NCBI GenBank assembly: GCA_964016885.1
Contig: OZ024749.1
Coordinates: 7,068,001-7,132,000 of the forward strand
DNA length: 64,000 nt
From: Eledone cirrhosa
Taxonomy: Eukaryota
Direction: 5' to 3'
In this document: positions 39,986 to 53,625 of the stretch, in pieces
How the letters are laid out: every line of letters starts with the position of its first letter
Position numbering within the stretch: position 1 is the first letter of the stretch
Notes under the pieces: model-generated
The model's database searches: none
Told to the model about the DNA's origin: nothing
The model's input: only the letters and a program-made list of their open reading frames with translations
Translations under genes and position numbers: made by a program

Positions 39986-40552
39986 CTCTCTTCCTGCTAT
40001 TTCAAACATTAAACTAATATATTTCTTCCATGTACTGTGCTGTTTGCCTTGTTATTCCTTTTACATATAAATATATATGTATCTATGTATACAGTAAGGA
40101 TCTGTACAAGTCATGCAAGAGGAGATCAACAGACTTATGATGATGATGATGATGATTATACACCAACCAGAATAAATTGATGAAATTATGTTTGCATATA
40201 TATATATATATATGCTTGGTGTATAATCATCATCATAAGTCTGTTTATCTCCTCTTGCATGACTTGGACAAATCTTTTTTACTACAGTATTGCTGCACTT
40301 GTTGCATTCTTTTGTTTTCTCTACCCTGAGCTTCAGTGGTTTGAGATCAACTCTCACCATTTCCATCCCGTTCTTCCTTGGTCTTCTACTATGGTTTCCC
40401 TCCACCGGGATTACACTTCTTCACCTAGCAATCATCATCCATGCACATCACATATCTGTTTATATGTATATGTAGTATATCTGGGTATATGTAGCCTCCT
40501 ATACCCAGTTTTCCTCTCAGTTCATCCATGCTTTGTCATTCTCACACATTAA

Positions 40553-40779
40553 CCTTTTAGCCTTTAAGCCAACCATATCCAGCCAGAATTCTCTCACCTC
40601 TCTCTGTTCAACCTGGCTGCAACCGGTCCCTCATACTGATGTTAAGGTATTGTTTTCAAAATATATGATATCAAAATCTCATAGATTCGATATTATGTAA
40701 GACAATTATGTAAGATGAAGCTTTTACTGTGAAAAATACAATAGTAAATATATAGTAATGTAAATGGTATGTTAAAGGG
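40553..40779. mobile_element. piggyBac-like MITE
   Basis: TTAA-CCTTTTAGC...AAAGGG-TTAA. Confidence 0.7.
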
Positions 40780-41521
40780 TTAACATTTCACATCCATCAA
40801 AGCATCCTTACCTCATTATATAAGTGTGTATATATTTATATGTCATCTGCAGCTATGACCCTTCATTTGTTGTACATATTTATATTTGAAGGTATGCCAC
40901 TTTAATTTAATTATTCACTTTTCCTGCAGTGTTCATTAAAATAGAGAGAAAAGGTTAGAAACTAGATAATAAACACAAATATATAAAAGGGAATATATTT
41001 GATAGAAGTTCTTTTCTGTTTCCATTATTATGATATCTATATAGATTTCTTCTCTAAGCACATTGATCTAATAATGGAAAGGGGCCCATCCCCCTCCTAA
41101 CTCTATTATTAAATTAATTAAACATGAGTTAGTATTCTGAAAGAAAATAGATGATAGCAGATGGAAATGAAAATGAGAATTGAATTAAATTAATATGAAA
41201 ATGAAAGGAAGATGTGAAGGTCGTGGATGGCTTCGCCTACCTCGGAAGCTCTATCAACAGAAGTAGAGACATGGTGAAAGCTGTCAACAAAAGAGGCAAC
41301 TGACTCTGGTCACTGGAGCACTTTTGCTGCCTCATATGTCTTAAGACACACAAGCTTCTAAGTCTAATATAAAAATGAAAGGGAATATGTCTATCTGTAA
41401 TATTAGGATCTCATACACTTACATTCTTGTCTCTGATGGTGTTTACTGGTTACCTTCACTGATTATTGCATGAGGAGATTAATTCTATGTAGTAATTTAA
41501 TATTTTTATATGATTGCTTAA

Positions 41522-41728
41522 CCCTTTAGCATTCACATTACTCTATACATACTATTATATGTTCATGGTAAAGGCTTTACCTCACATAATATCGAATCTA
41601 TGAGATTTTGAAAGTATTTATTTTGAGCACAATACCTTAACATCAGTTTGAGCGACCAGTTACAGCCAGTTTCAACAGAAAGAGGTAGAGAATTCTGGCC
41701 GGTTTGGGCTGGTTTGAACATTAAAGGG
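41522..41728. mobile_element. piggyBac-like MITE
   Basis: TTAA-CCCTTTAGC...TAAAGGG-TTAA; at least 8 copies in window. Confidence 0.8.
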
Positions 41729-42248
41729 TTAACAGCAATAACGTGACTGTAGTGAAAAGGCTCCAAAGGTGATAAACACAGGTGTATATATCTAGAAGAT
41801 TCTAATTACTAGTATGGGTATACATCAGACAACATGCCTTATAGCATAGAGTTACGGCTCTTTATGTTCTGAGTTCAAATTCCGCCAGGGTTAGCTTTGC
41901 CTTTCATCCTTTTGGGGTCGATAAAATAAAGTACCAGTAATGCACTGGAGTCATTTCAATTGACTTTCCCCTTTCCCCCAAATTGTTGATCTTGTGATTA
42001 AATCAGAAACCATTTTCATTTTTCAATAACTATGTTGGTAGATAGAAGAGGTCCACTGCATTTCTAAGTCATAAAAGGCAACTAAAAGGTTTGCTGTAAA
42101 GAAGGGCATTTGGTCATAAAACATTGTCAGAAAAAAGACATAATCATAAGTATGAAGCTTGTTATGGGGCCTGCAAAGCTGACCTTTATATTAACAGGAA
42201 CAATTGCCTTAAAATGCTATCTGTTCTGTTATTATAATTACTAGATAT

Positions 42249-42435
42249 GGCGGTGGATTGGCAGTATCGGTAGAGGGTCGGACGCCATGCTTTGACGCAT
42301 AGAATTACGGCCCTTTCCATTCTGAGTTCAAATCCGGCCAAGGTTAACTTTGCCTTTCATCCTTACGGGGTCGATGAAATAAAGTACCAGTAACACACTG
42401 GGTAATTGCTGGCCTTGTGCCGAAAGTAGAAACAA
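42249..42435 (+). mobile_element. SINE family A with TSD
   Basis: Flanked by ATTATAATTACTA(G/C)ATAT. Confidence 0.9.
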
Positions 42436-42976
42436 TTATAATTACTACATATACACTCCAGCTCTTGTATTAATATTTCTAAGGAATGTTCTAAGTAAAT
42501 AATCATGCAGATGAATCCAAACCTTAAATTACTTTGTGGTTAATAATATATATAGAATCGATACTATTTCAGTTGATATTTGATATAACAGTGACAGCAT
42601 AGAGAACAAGATACATCAGGCAGCTTCAATTTATTGGGAATATACGCTTAGAGTGAGAATTAGATTTCTGCACATTATTCGCGATCTTCAAATAGCTTCA
42701 ATTCTTAATTTATTTTTTCAAAAATATTGTGTCATTTAAGTTCACAAGTGTAGAGTAGGCTATTTTAAGGTAATAATTATTAAAGATTTTCATCTAGTTA
42801 TATTCAGGAAAGAAATATGTTTTTTTGGCTAGATTAAAGAATGTCTTTCATTTATAAAAATGGTAGATTATATACACCACCTGGTCTTCTTGTATATATG
42901 CATACATACATTCATACAAACACATATACATATGCATTTATATATATATATATTTATTTATATATATATATTTATT

Positions 42977-43009
<33 letters not shown>

Positions 43010-43050
43010 TTATAGTTGAAAATTGTAAACTTGACTGTCACCACACAATA

Positions 43051-43089
43051 TGAACCTGAAGATTGCGAAAGCATGAAAGTACTTATTCA
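43051..43089 (+). ncRNA. Minimal hammerhead ribozyme
   Basis: TGAAC-CTGAAGA-T-TGC(GAAA)GCA-T-GAAA-GTAC-TT-ATTCA; first helix I pair mismatched. Confidence 0.6.
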
Positions 43090-43121
43090 ATTAACACTTA
43101 ACATTTAATATTCTACCATAC

Positions 43122-43309
43122 AAAGGGCGGTGGATTGGCAGTATCGGTAGAGGGTCAGACGCCATGCTTTCCAGCATAGTTACGTCCCTTTACGATCTGA
43201 GTTCAAATCCCGCCGAGGTTGACTTTGCCTTTCATCCTTACGGGGTCGATAAAATAAAGTACCAGTAATGCACTGGGTAATTGCTGGCCTTGTGCCTAAA
43301 GTAGAAACA
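43122..43309 (+). mobile_element. SINE family A with TSD
   Basis: TSD ATTCTACCATAC. Confidence 0.9.
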
Positions 43310-43411
43310 ATTCTACCATACTATTTCATTCTAATACCATTATAAATTTTAAAGGATTGTAAATAAAACAAGTAAATCAGACAAAGTTGGAATTCCTTTT
43401 ATTAATATATT

Positions 43412-43747
43412 TCATCATCTCATTTTACATCCGCCTTTTCCCTGCTTGCAAGGGTGGGACGGGAACTGATTCTGGCTTGATTTCTACAGCTGGATGCCCT
43501 TCCTAACACCAACCTCATTTACAGTGAATGCTGGGTGCTTTTTTTGCCGTGGTACCTCACGACCACTTTGCAGTGGAATGATATGGACCCCAGTCCCTAT
43601 CATCTCATTTCTACAGCTGAGTAAACTGGAGCAATGTGAAATAAAGTGTCTTCTTCAACGAAACAACACATCACCCGGTCTGAGAATTGAACTCACAACC
43701 TTTCGATTGCAAGGCCAATGCTCTAACCACTAAGCCATGTGCCTCCA
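43412..43747 (-). mobile_element. SINE family B
   Basis: Full-length reverse-complement copy. Confidence 0.85.
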
Positions 43748-43998
43748 TATTTATTTATATATATATATATATATATACATACACACACACACACACACAC
43801 ACACTTGTATATCCTATCCCAACATTTATTTAGAATAGCTATATCATATTTCTGCTTGTTGCAAGTTATGATCAGGTGTGGTGTCAGCTTAGAGCCCCCC
43901 CCCTCCCTTAAAACACTGTCTCAAAATGTTCCATTGTATCCAGGCAAACAGAGAAGCTTAGACATGAAAACACTGATATCACCACCATCACAGTTTAA

Positions 43999-44204
43999 TC
44001 CTTTAATGTTCAAACCGGCCAAAACCGGCCAGAATTCTCTACCTCTTTCTGTTGAAACTGACTGTAACTGGTAACTCAAACTGATGTTAAGGTATTGTTC
44101 TCAAAATAAATACTTTAAAAATCTCATAGATTCGATATTATGTGAGATAAAGCATTTACCATGAAAATATAATAGTAAATATAGAGTAATATGTATGCTA
44201 AAGG
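43999..44204. mobile_element. piggyBac-like MITE
   Basis: TTAA flanks; same family as 41522-41728. Confidence 0.75.
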
Positions 44205-44938
44205 GTTAATGTCCATTTTCCATGTTAGCATGGGTTAGATGAGTTGTTTGCTGCGAGATAGGTCAAATTAGATGACCATGTCTTGCTCATACAGAACTAT
44301 TTCAGGTTTGGTTTCTATGGTTGGATGCCCTTCCTAATGCCAACCACATTTATAGTTTGTGCTGGATACTTTTTGTCATGTCACCTACATGACCACTTTA
44401 TAGTGTGAACTAGGTGCTTTTTGTCATATCCCCAACATGACCACTTTATAGTGTGGACTGGGCACTTTTTAATGTGACACCAACACAACCACTTTACAGT
44501 GTGGGCTGGGTGCTTTTTTGTCATGACACAAATGAGGCCACTTTACAGTGTGGGCTTGGTGCTTTTTGTCCTGACACCTACATGACCACTTTACAGTGTG
44601 ACACCAACACATATATATAATATTTTATTACATCAACTATGTATGTACGTAGGTATGTAGGTATTTATGGTCCCATAACTATTGGGGAAGACATAGGGAT
44701 GCCATATTGACATACAGCCTTTCTTAGGTATTTTAAACCTAGCAGAGCCCACCCCTCTCCAAGCCTGAGTACAGAAGATTTCTTCCAGAGAAAGAATCGG
44801 CCTCAATACATTTACATGAATCAGTTCAGCTGAATTTTGAAAAATAAATTTTTTTTAAATTTTAATATTACGGAACTAAGGAAGTGAGGAGTTTCTATTT
44901 AGATCATCTGAATGAAACACGTGGCAAAATGTAATAAA

Positions 44939-45448
44939 ATATCATGTATAACACAACTTGTCCTCCAGAAATATCATATATAACACAACTTGTCCTCCAG
45001 ATATATCATATGTAACACAACTTGTCCTTCAGATATATCATATGTATCACAACTTGTCCTCCAGAAATATCATATATAACACAACTTGTCCTCCAGATAT
45101 ATCATGTATAACACAACTTGTCCTCCAGATATATCATGTATAACACAACTTGTCCTCCAGAAATATCATATATAACACAACTTGTCCTCCAGATATATCA
45201 TATATAACACAACTTGTCCTCCAGATATATCATATATAACACAACTTGTCCTCCAGATATATCATATATAACACAACTTGTCCTCCAGATATATCATATA
45301 TAACACAACTTGTCCTCCAGATATATCATATATAACACAACTTGTCCTCCAGATATATCATATATAACACAACTTGTCCTCCAGATATATCATATATAAC
45401 ACAACTTGTCCTCCAGATATATCATATATAACACAAATTGTCCTCCAG
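44939..45448. repeat. 32-bp minisatellite (~16 copies)
   Basis: ATATATCATATATAACACAACTTGTCCTCCAG unit. Confidence 0.95.
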
Positions 45449-46603
45449 ATGGAGTGCTCTACCGACTTGGATATTTATTACAAAATTCAACTACACTATA
45501 TAAATGTGTGTGTGTGTATGTACACTGATCTTTGCTCTCATAGAACCATACGTCACACATGTCATTAGACATAGTGTGTTGTGGGTGAGGATGATTACAA
45601 GATAACAACCATTTCTCAAAGTAAAACTTTCTGAACATGTCAAATAATGAAACGATCATCTTCACAAAATGACTTCACAGCATTTAACTGTTTAATTTTA
45701 ATTTAAATCTTGCTTTTATTTTCCTCATGTCGCGGCAGTGAGGAATAAAAGTAATTTAAGCATATTTATGTATTTACATATTTGTTAAAATAAATCTTTG
45801 TATTTTCAAATTGCAAAAGAAAAAAACAAAAATAATAACAACAACAATAATAATAATAATAATAATAATAAAGATAATATAAATCATGAGATACTCTCCT
45901 TGATGGACATTTTAATATATTCAATTTCCTTATTTAAATATCTTTTTACTTTGCATACATAATTATTTTGAAAGAAATTTTAATGTTTTTACATGTCTCA
46001 TTTTGTATAGTTTTATATATTTTATACATATATATTTTTCCGTTTTTCATTATAACAGTCTGCATTATTTTCGATTATTCTTAATATATTTGCAGATTTG
46101 AAGTTTTGTAGGAATAATAAATACCAAACTCCACTAAGAAGAAAGGAATAAATGTTGTAATATTTATTCATGCATATAGATTAAATAGTAAATCGATGTA
46201 CGGTGAATGTTGTTGTTCTACAGTGTTAAATATTTTACTTTTAGGTACACTGTTATTAACAAAATATGACATATATGTGTGTACATGCCAGAGAAGAGAT
46301 AGCTTTAGTGTTCAATTTATGTTGCCATGTGTAGGACAGCGTAAGGAATGCATACAAAAAAACACAAACACATATATATATATATATATCATCATAATCG
46401 TTGATTAAAGTCTATCTTCCACATTAGCATGGGTTAGATGGGTTTGTCCCATTTATAGGCAAGTTGGGTCGGGTGACCATGTTTTGCTCATATTTTGCAA
46501 GCAGGGAAAAGTGGACGTAAAATGAAATGATGATGATATACATACAGTCAGTAAGGTTAGAATTAACAATGAATATTGTGAAGAATTTAGTGTAAAAGTT
46601 GGT

Positions 46604-48058
46604 GTTCATCATGTCCTTAGCCCCCTCCTATTTATTATTGCCCTTCTGGCTATAACAGCGGAGTTCAAGACCGGCTGACCATGGGACCTTCTATATGCAG
46701 ATGATCTAACTCTCATAGCTGAATCTATAGCTGAACTAGAGAAGAAATTCCAAATATGGAAGCATGGCCTAGAATCAAAAGGCCTTAAAGTTAACTTGTC
46801 AATGACTAAAGTTCTAGTTTGTAGAAAGGAAAATAGGTCACAGGTGCCCTCAGGGAAATGGCCATGCTCAGTGTGTAGGAAAGAAGTAGGCAGAAATTCC
46901 ATTTTATGTCCCAAATGCAAATTATGGGTACATAAAAGATGTAGTGGGATCACAGGTAAGCTATCTAAGAACATAGATTTTATATGTGGCCGATGCTCAG
47001 GTGCAATAAGTAGCAAGTGCCCACAGGATACTAGCTCCTTCTATTGCCCAGATGGTTCTATAGAAATAGTGGACACCTTCCGTTTCCTGGGTGACAAAAT
47101 CAGCAGTGGTGGAGGGTGTTCTGAAAATACAGTAGCTAGAGTCAGAACGGGATAGAAAGAGTTCAGAGAGCTTATACCGCTATTGGCCACAAAAGGTTTC
47201 TTTCTAAAAATGAAAGGCAGATTGTATGATGCCTGTATATGAACAGCAATGCTACATGGTAGTGAGACATGGGCATTACGTGCAGAGGACCTGCGCAGAC
47301 TGGAAAAGAATGAAGCATGCATGCTCCGTTGGATGTGTAATAGTAATATACGTGAACGGCAAAGCATAAATGAACTAAGTGAGAAATTAGGAATAAGAGG
47401 GATCAGATGCTGTTTACTTGAGAGAAGACTACGTTGGTATGGCCACGTGATGTGCATGAAAGGCGACAGCTGTATAAAAAAGTTCAGGGCGATCAAAATT
47501 GTTGGTAGTTTCGGAGTAGGTAGACCCAGAAAAACCTGGGACGATCAGATAAATTATGACCTTACACACTTGCACCTCTCTAAGACAATGTCACTGGACC
47601 GAGATCTTTGGCGCTATGCAGTAATACAGAAGACCAGCCTTGCCTATGTACAAAGCGAAACCTAGTTAGTAGGCACCTCTTAACCAAATATACACCGCAA
47701 TCCACTACCCCTAACCTATCCTCCCACTCCCACCACTCTCTCTCTGTAAAGTTGGTACCACAACATTCAGTCCAAATAAATGAGATAATGAGATCGAGAT
47801 CATGTAGGTATCACGACAAAAAGAAACACAGTCCACACTGTAATGTGGCCATGTAGGTAACACGGTAAAGAGTTCCCAGTTCCACACTGTAAATGTGGTT
47901 GCTGTTAGGAAGGGCATCCAGCCATAGAAAACCTGCAAGATAGTCCTATATGAGTGAGACACGGTCACCCGACCAACCTTGCCTCAAGTGGGACAACTCC
48001 CGTCTAACCCATGCTAGCGTGGAAGATGGATGTTAATCGAAGATGATAATGATGATGA
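46604..48058 (+). mobile_element. RTE family 2, 5'-truncated, with in-frame stops
   Basis: [37 protein letters not shown]; long 3' UTR. Confidence 0.92.
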
Positions 48059-48490
48059 TTAGATATATATATATATATATGAGTAAGTATGTTTTGAAAC
48101 AGTGAGCAGGTTTGAAATTAGAAAATAGAATAGCTTTCACCGTATTTTTGACTAAAGAAATTTTAGCCTGATAATGGGGTTTAGAAACCCTCAGATAAAT
48201 GGAAAAAGATGAGTATTGATGTACATCAATACTCATCTGTAGTATAAAAGAGGTCGTAGACTAATGTTCTCTAAGAGAACATTAGTCTACGACCTCTTTT
48301 ATACCATAAACGTGGTTTTGTCTTTGCGTGTAATTGTTTTTCACCGCTCCTATTAATGACGTATTATATTCGTTTATTCCTGTTCTTTGCCAGGGAACGT
48401 TTCCACGAACCAAAGTATCGTCTTCCTGTCCTCCTCCGGTTGCAACGTTTTTTTAAATATTCACTTCTGCGTTTACAGATTGACTTTGTT

Positions 48491-48541
48491 AGTTTCAGAA
48501 GATCCCGTTAAGGGTGAAAGCAGCGATTCTTTGTTTAAACT
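48491..48541 (+). ncRNA. Hammerhead variant (H7, CAGAAGA core)
   Basis: AGTTT-CAGAAGA-TCCCGTTAAGGGT-GAAA-GCAG..TTGT-TT-AAACT. Confidence 0.65.
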
Positions 48542-48557
48542 TTAATCTGTTATTTTA

Positions 48558-48588
<31 letters not shown>

Positions 48589-48769
48589 CATTCATAGGTA
48601 TTAAACGATGATGATGATGATGTAAGTGTTTGGTAACAGGAAGAGCATTCACCTGTAGAAAACGTGTTCTGTTCTCTGTCAGTATTTGCAAGTACACAAT
48701 GTGACCTGTGAAATATTGCAGCCAAAAGTTAGGGATCTTGTCGTGAACCTGTGCCTTCCAGTTGCTTAA

Positions 48770-50397
48770 TTCAGTGTTATAGACACATCATCTGTCATAT
48801 CTCCCCCCAGTTGTTCAGTGTTATAGACACCTCGTCTGTCATATCTCCCCCCAGTTGTTCAGTGTTATAGACACCTCGTCTGTCATATCTCCCCCCAGTT
48901 GTTCAGTGTTATAGACACCTCGTCTGTCATATCTCCCCCCAGTTGTTCAGTGTTATAGACACCTCGTCTGTCATATCTCCCCCCAGTTGTTCAGTGTTAT
49001 AGACACATTGTCTGTCATATCTCCCCCCAGTTGTTCAGTGTTATAGACACCTCGTCTGTCATATCTCCCCCCAGTTGTTCAGTGTTATAGACACATCATC
49101 TGTCATATCTCCCCCCAGTTGTTCAGTGTTATAGACACATCATCTGTCATATCTCCCCCCCCCCAGTTGTTCAGTGTTATAGACACCTCATCTGTCATAT
49201 CTCCCCCCAGTTGTTCAGTGTTATAGACACATCGTCTGTCATATCTCCTCCCCCCCAGTTGTTCAGTGTTATAGACACCTCATCTGTCATATCTCCCCCC
49301 AGTTGTTCAGTGTTATAGACACATCGTCTGTCATATCTCCTCCCCCCCCAGTTGTTCAGTGTTATAGACACCTCGTCTGTCATATCTCCCCCCAGTTGTT
49401 CAGTGTTAGACACATTGTCTGTCATATCTCCCCCCAGTTGTTCAGTGTTATAGACACATTGTCTGTCATATCTCCCCCAGTTGTTCAGTGTTATAGACAC
49501 CTCGTCTGTCATATCTCCCCCCAGTTGTTCAGTGTTATAGACACCTCGTCTGTCATATCTCCCCCAGTTGTTCAGTGTTAGAGACACCTCGTCTGTCATA
49601 TCTCCCCCCAGTTGTTCAGTGTTATAGACACCTCGTCTGTCATATCTCCCCCCAGTTGTTCAGTGTTATAGACACCTCGTCTGTCATATCTCCCCCCAGT
49701 TGTTCAGTGTTATAGACACCTCGTCTGTCATATCTCCCCCCAGTTGTTCAGTGTTAGAGACACCTCGTCTGTCATATCTCCCCCCAGTTGTTCAGTGTTA
49801 GAGACACCTCGTCTGTCATATCTCCCCCCAGTTGTTCAGTGTTATAGACACCTCGTCTGTCATATCTCCCCCCAGTTGTTCAGTGTTATAGACACATTGT
49901 CTGTCATATCTCCCCCCAGTTGTTCAGTGTTATAGACACCTCGTCTGTCATATCTTCCCCCAGTTGTTCAGTGTTATAGACACCTCATCTGTCATATCTC
50001 CTCCCCCCCAGTTGTTCAGTGTTATAGACACATCGTCTGACATATCTCCCCCCAGTTGTTCAGTGTTATAGACACCTCGTCTGTCATATCTCCCCCCAGT
50101 TGTTCAGTGTTAGAGACACCTCGTCTGTCATATCTCCCCCCAGTTGTTCAGTGTTATAGACATCTCGTCTGACATATCTCCCCCCAGTTGTTCAGTGTTA
50201 TAGACACATCATCTGTCATATCTCCCCCCCCCCCAGTTGTTCAGTGTTAGAGACACCTCGTCTGTCATATCTCCCCCCAGTTGTTCAGTGTTATAGACAT
50301 CTCGTCTGACATATCTCCCCCCCCCCCCAGTTGTTCAGTGTTATAGACACCTCATCTGTCATATCTCTCCCCAGTTGTTCAGTGTTATAGACACATC
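48770..50397. repeat. 44-bp minisatellite (~37 copies)
   Basis: GTTGTTCAGTGTTATAGACACCTCGTCTGTCATATCTCCCCCCA unit, no spacers. Confidence 0.96.
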
Positions 50398-50758
50398 TTC
50401 CCACAGTTGTTCAGCTGCTGTGTTTTATGTTCTTGTTAGTTCTCTACATGGTAATTTCTATTCCTAATTTTGTTGCTTTCTTTCGTATTTCATTTAACAT
50501 TGACAGGTCTTTTCTTTTATTTCTATCTTTGCTTGGGTTTTGTTTTACTTGCTTGTGTAGATCTAAAGGGGTGCCCCCTTTCTTTCGTAACCACAGAGGC
50601 TGTTGTACATCATCATCATCATTTTACATCCGCTTTTCCCTGCTTGCATATCATTTAACTTTCTGATACTAATGTTTTTATTTGTGTTTATTAAGTCTAT
50701 GGTGGGTAGATTAGACTTTGTTTTATAACTTTTCTTTTATTATTAATTTATATATTTA

Positions 50759-50935
50759 AGGCGGTGAATTGGCAGTATCGGTAGAGAGTCGGACACCATG
50801 CTATGCAGCATAGAGTTACGACCCTTTATGGTCTGAGATCAAATCCCGCCGAGGTTAACTTTGCCTTTCATCCTTACGGGGTCAATAAAATAAAGTACCA
50901 GTAATTGCTGGCCTTGTGCCAAAAGTAGAAACAAT
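50759..50935 (+). mobile_element. SINE family A
   Basis: TSD-like ATTAATTTATATATTT flanks. Confidence 0.85.
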
Positions 50936-51194
50936 TAATTTATATATTTGGAAGGTGTTTATTTTTTTTACCAGAATCAAAGAGATCAGAGAAAATAATA
51001 AAATCAATTAATAATTTCTGACCCTGATTCGCCTTATACCATGTTTATTATTTGTGTATGTCTCTATGCTGGAAGGTGTTTGTAATAGAGAGTCCATTGC
51101 TGAACAGGAGTCTAGTAAGGCCTCTCCATTTGTATTCAGATTGGCGTTGCCATTCTCTCAAGAAAGCCTGCATTGTGCATTCTACCCGTGAAAA

Positions 51195-51830
51195 GAGTTC
51201 CACTGAAGCAGGTGGAGAAGTTCAAGTATCTTGGGACTGTGTTCATGAGTGATGGAAGGCAGGAGGCTGAATTAAGTGCAAGATTTGCAAAAGCAGGTGC
51301 AGTGTTGCGCCAGCTTTAGCTTTCAGTAATCAGAAGAAGGGGGGTAGGTGTAAAAGCCAAACTCACTATCTTCAATTCAGTATTCATGCCAACCCTTACC
51401 TACGTTCATGAATCTTGGGTAATGACCAAAAGAATACGATAATGAATACAAGCGGCTGAAATAGGGTTCCTTCGAGGGGTCTTTGGAGTAATGTTACTCA
51501 ATGGAGCTCAGCGATCAGAGAGTCTCTCCACATATAGCCACTACATCTCTGTATTGAGAGATCACAGCTCCAATACTATGGACATGAGGTTAGAATGTTT
51601 CTGGAAAGAATCACTGGACAGGTTTTATGGGTAAAACCAACTGGCAGGAGAGCCAGGGGTAGACCCTGGGGAAAATGGTTGGATAACATCCATGGGCTCG
51701 GCTGGTCTCGCTTGGAGATCCAGCCAGATTAATTGGTGATGGTTGCTTCTGACAAGACCTGCTGGAGGGAGTGTTTAAGGACTTTGCCTCCACGACCCTT
51801 GTAGGAATAAGTGGGCAAAGAAAGAAGAAG
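51195..51830 (+). mobile_element. RTE family 3 3' fragment
   Basis: KQVEKFKYLGTVF..PTLTYVHESW..IQAAEIGFLR..RARGRP. Confidence 0.85.
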
Positions 51831-52651
51831 GGGTGGTGTATTCTTTGGCTCATAGGGAGATCTTCTAATGTTTGGTGTTCTTGGACTATTTCCAGTTTTA
51901 TCCTATTGTTGTCTTCCATACATCTTTCTCCTCAGATTTCTTTTAATTTGTATTTTTGGTTATGATATCCTGAATCTGTGTATGTTGGTTAGTACTCTGT
52001 ATGTCTTTTAGGATTGGGGTGTGTTGTTTATTCTATCTGTGGATATGTTGGTATTATCTTCATCTTTTAAATTCTCAACATATTTATGTTCATTAGTTGT
52101 TTTGTGTTTATTGTTTGTGTTTGCATTAGCAGTGTCATTAGAGCATCAGACAACATGCTTTATGGTATAGGGTTATGCCCCTGCTGAGGTTAACTTTGCC
52201 TTTCATCCTGATGGGGTCAATAAAATAAAGTACGAGTAATGCACTGGTGTCGATTTAATTGACTTTCCCCTCCCCAAAAATTGTTGGTCTTGTGCCTAAA
52301 TCAGAAACCATTATTTATGTTTGTGTTGTGTATTTATTCTTTTAAATGCTTTACTTCATGTCTCATATATCATTTTGTTTGTTTATAATATGTATCTCCT
52401 TAAATTTGATAGTTTGATAGGGTTGAGCTTTAAATCAGAGAGTTGCAGATTTTATGTGTGTTGTTATATTTTCACTTTTAGGGTATAGAGTTGCTATAAA
52501 ATATGTGTGGAATCGATGCATATTGCTCACATTTTGGTTTCATTTGTGGCACATGAATTTGAATTATCTTTATCATTATTTTATTACTTGATGACTCAGT
52601 CATTCAACCGGAATAATTGCCCTAATGAATACCAAGCTGCTACCTGCAGCC

Positions 52652-52972
52652 TCAGATATTCAGGACATATCGGAGGGTCCTTGCTGTTCCAAGTAGGCAT
52701 GCCTTTTGAAGTGTTTCAAAACGGGGGAGTGAGCTGATGGTCTTTAGCCAGCCTTGGAAACTCTTCAAGATAGTACTCAGTGCTTCCATAATGATGGGGA
52801 CAGCCTTGATCTCATGGCAGTTCCAAATCCTTTTTTAGTTCCCTCTTCAGGTCCAGGTACCAGTTAATTTTCCCCCACTCTGGTACTCAAGAGATAAGCT
52901 ACATAATAATCATGCATGATCTCTTTTTCTTATCAAAAACCACCAAGTCAGAGCTATTCTGTTCTAATTCTT
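52652..52972 (-). pseudogene. R4/Dong-clade non-LTR retrotransposon RLE domain remnant
   Basis: Minus strand, frameshifted: DLVVFDKKKRSCMII..YLDLKRELK..W..VPIIMEALS..LQKACLLGTARTLRYVLNI*. Confidence 0.75.
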
Positions 52973-52983
52973 TATTATTATTA

Positions 52984-53162
52984 AGTATCAGTAGAGCGTC
53001 CGACACTATGCTTTGCAGCAGAGTTATGGCCCTTTAAGGTCTGAGTTCAAATCCCGCCAAGGTTAACTTTGCCTTTCATCCTTACGGGGTTGATAAAATA
53101 AAGTACCAGTAATACACTGGTGTAATACACTTGCTGTCCTTGTGCCAAAAGTAGAAACAATT
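52984..53162 (+). mobile_element. SINE family A, 5'-truncated
   Basis: Sequence match. Confidence 0.8.
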
Positions 53163-53559
53163 ATTATATGAATCATCATCATCATCATCATCGTCATAAA
53201 CATCATTGGTATCTGTTTTTCCATACTGGCGTGGGTTGAACCAGACATTGTTTTAAAGCCAGATGTCCTTCCTGATATAAAACACTATAATTGACTAAAT
53301 GAACTTTACAACATGCAGCGATATTTGAATATATAAATAACAAGCAAATAATAGTTGTTGTGGAAGCTTCATTAATGTTGTTAAATTATCAGACTCAGTG
53401 TTTTTGGTAAGAACAATGGCAAAATTTTGAAGTCAAGAGTCACCATTAATATCAATTATTACATGGACTCTATACACTGATATTTCACCTTATTTCAGTA
53501 CATGTTTAATGTGTTTATCACACAACCCCCGAACCAATAAAAAAATAATTTATAATAAT

Positions 53560-53625
<66 letters not shown>

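Noticed and set aside
44939-45448. 32-bp array as a CRISPR
   Set aside because: No spacers; ordinary minisatellite
48770-50397. 44-bp array as a CRISPR
   Set aside because: Head-to-tail units without unique spacers, no cas genes, eukaryotic context
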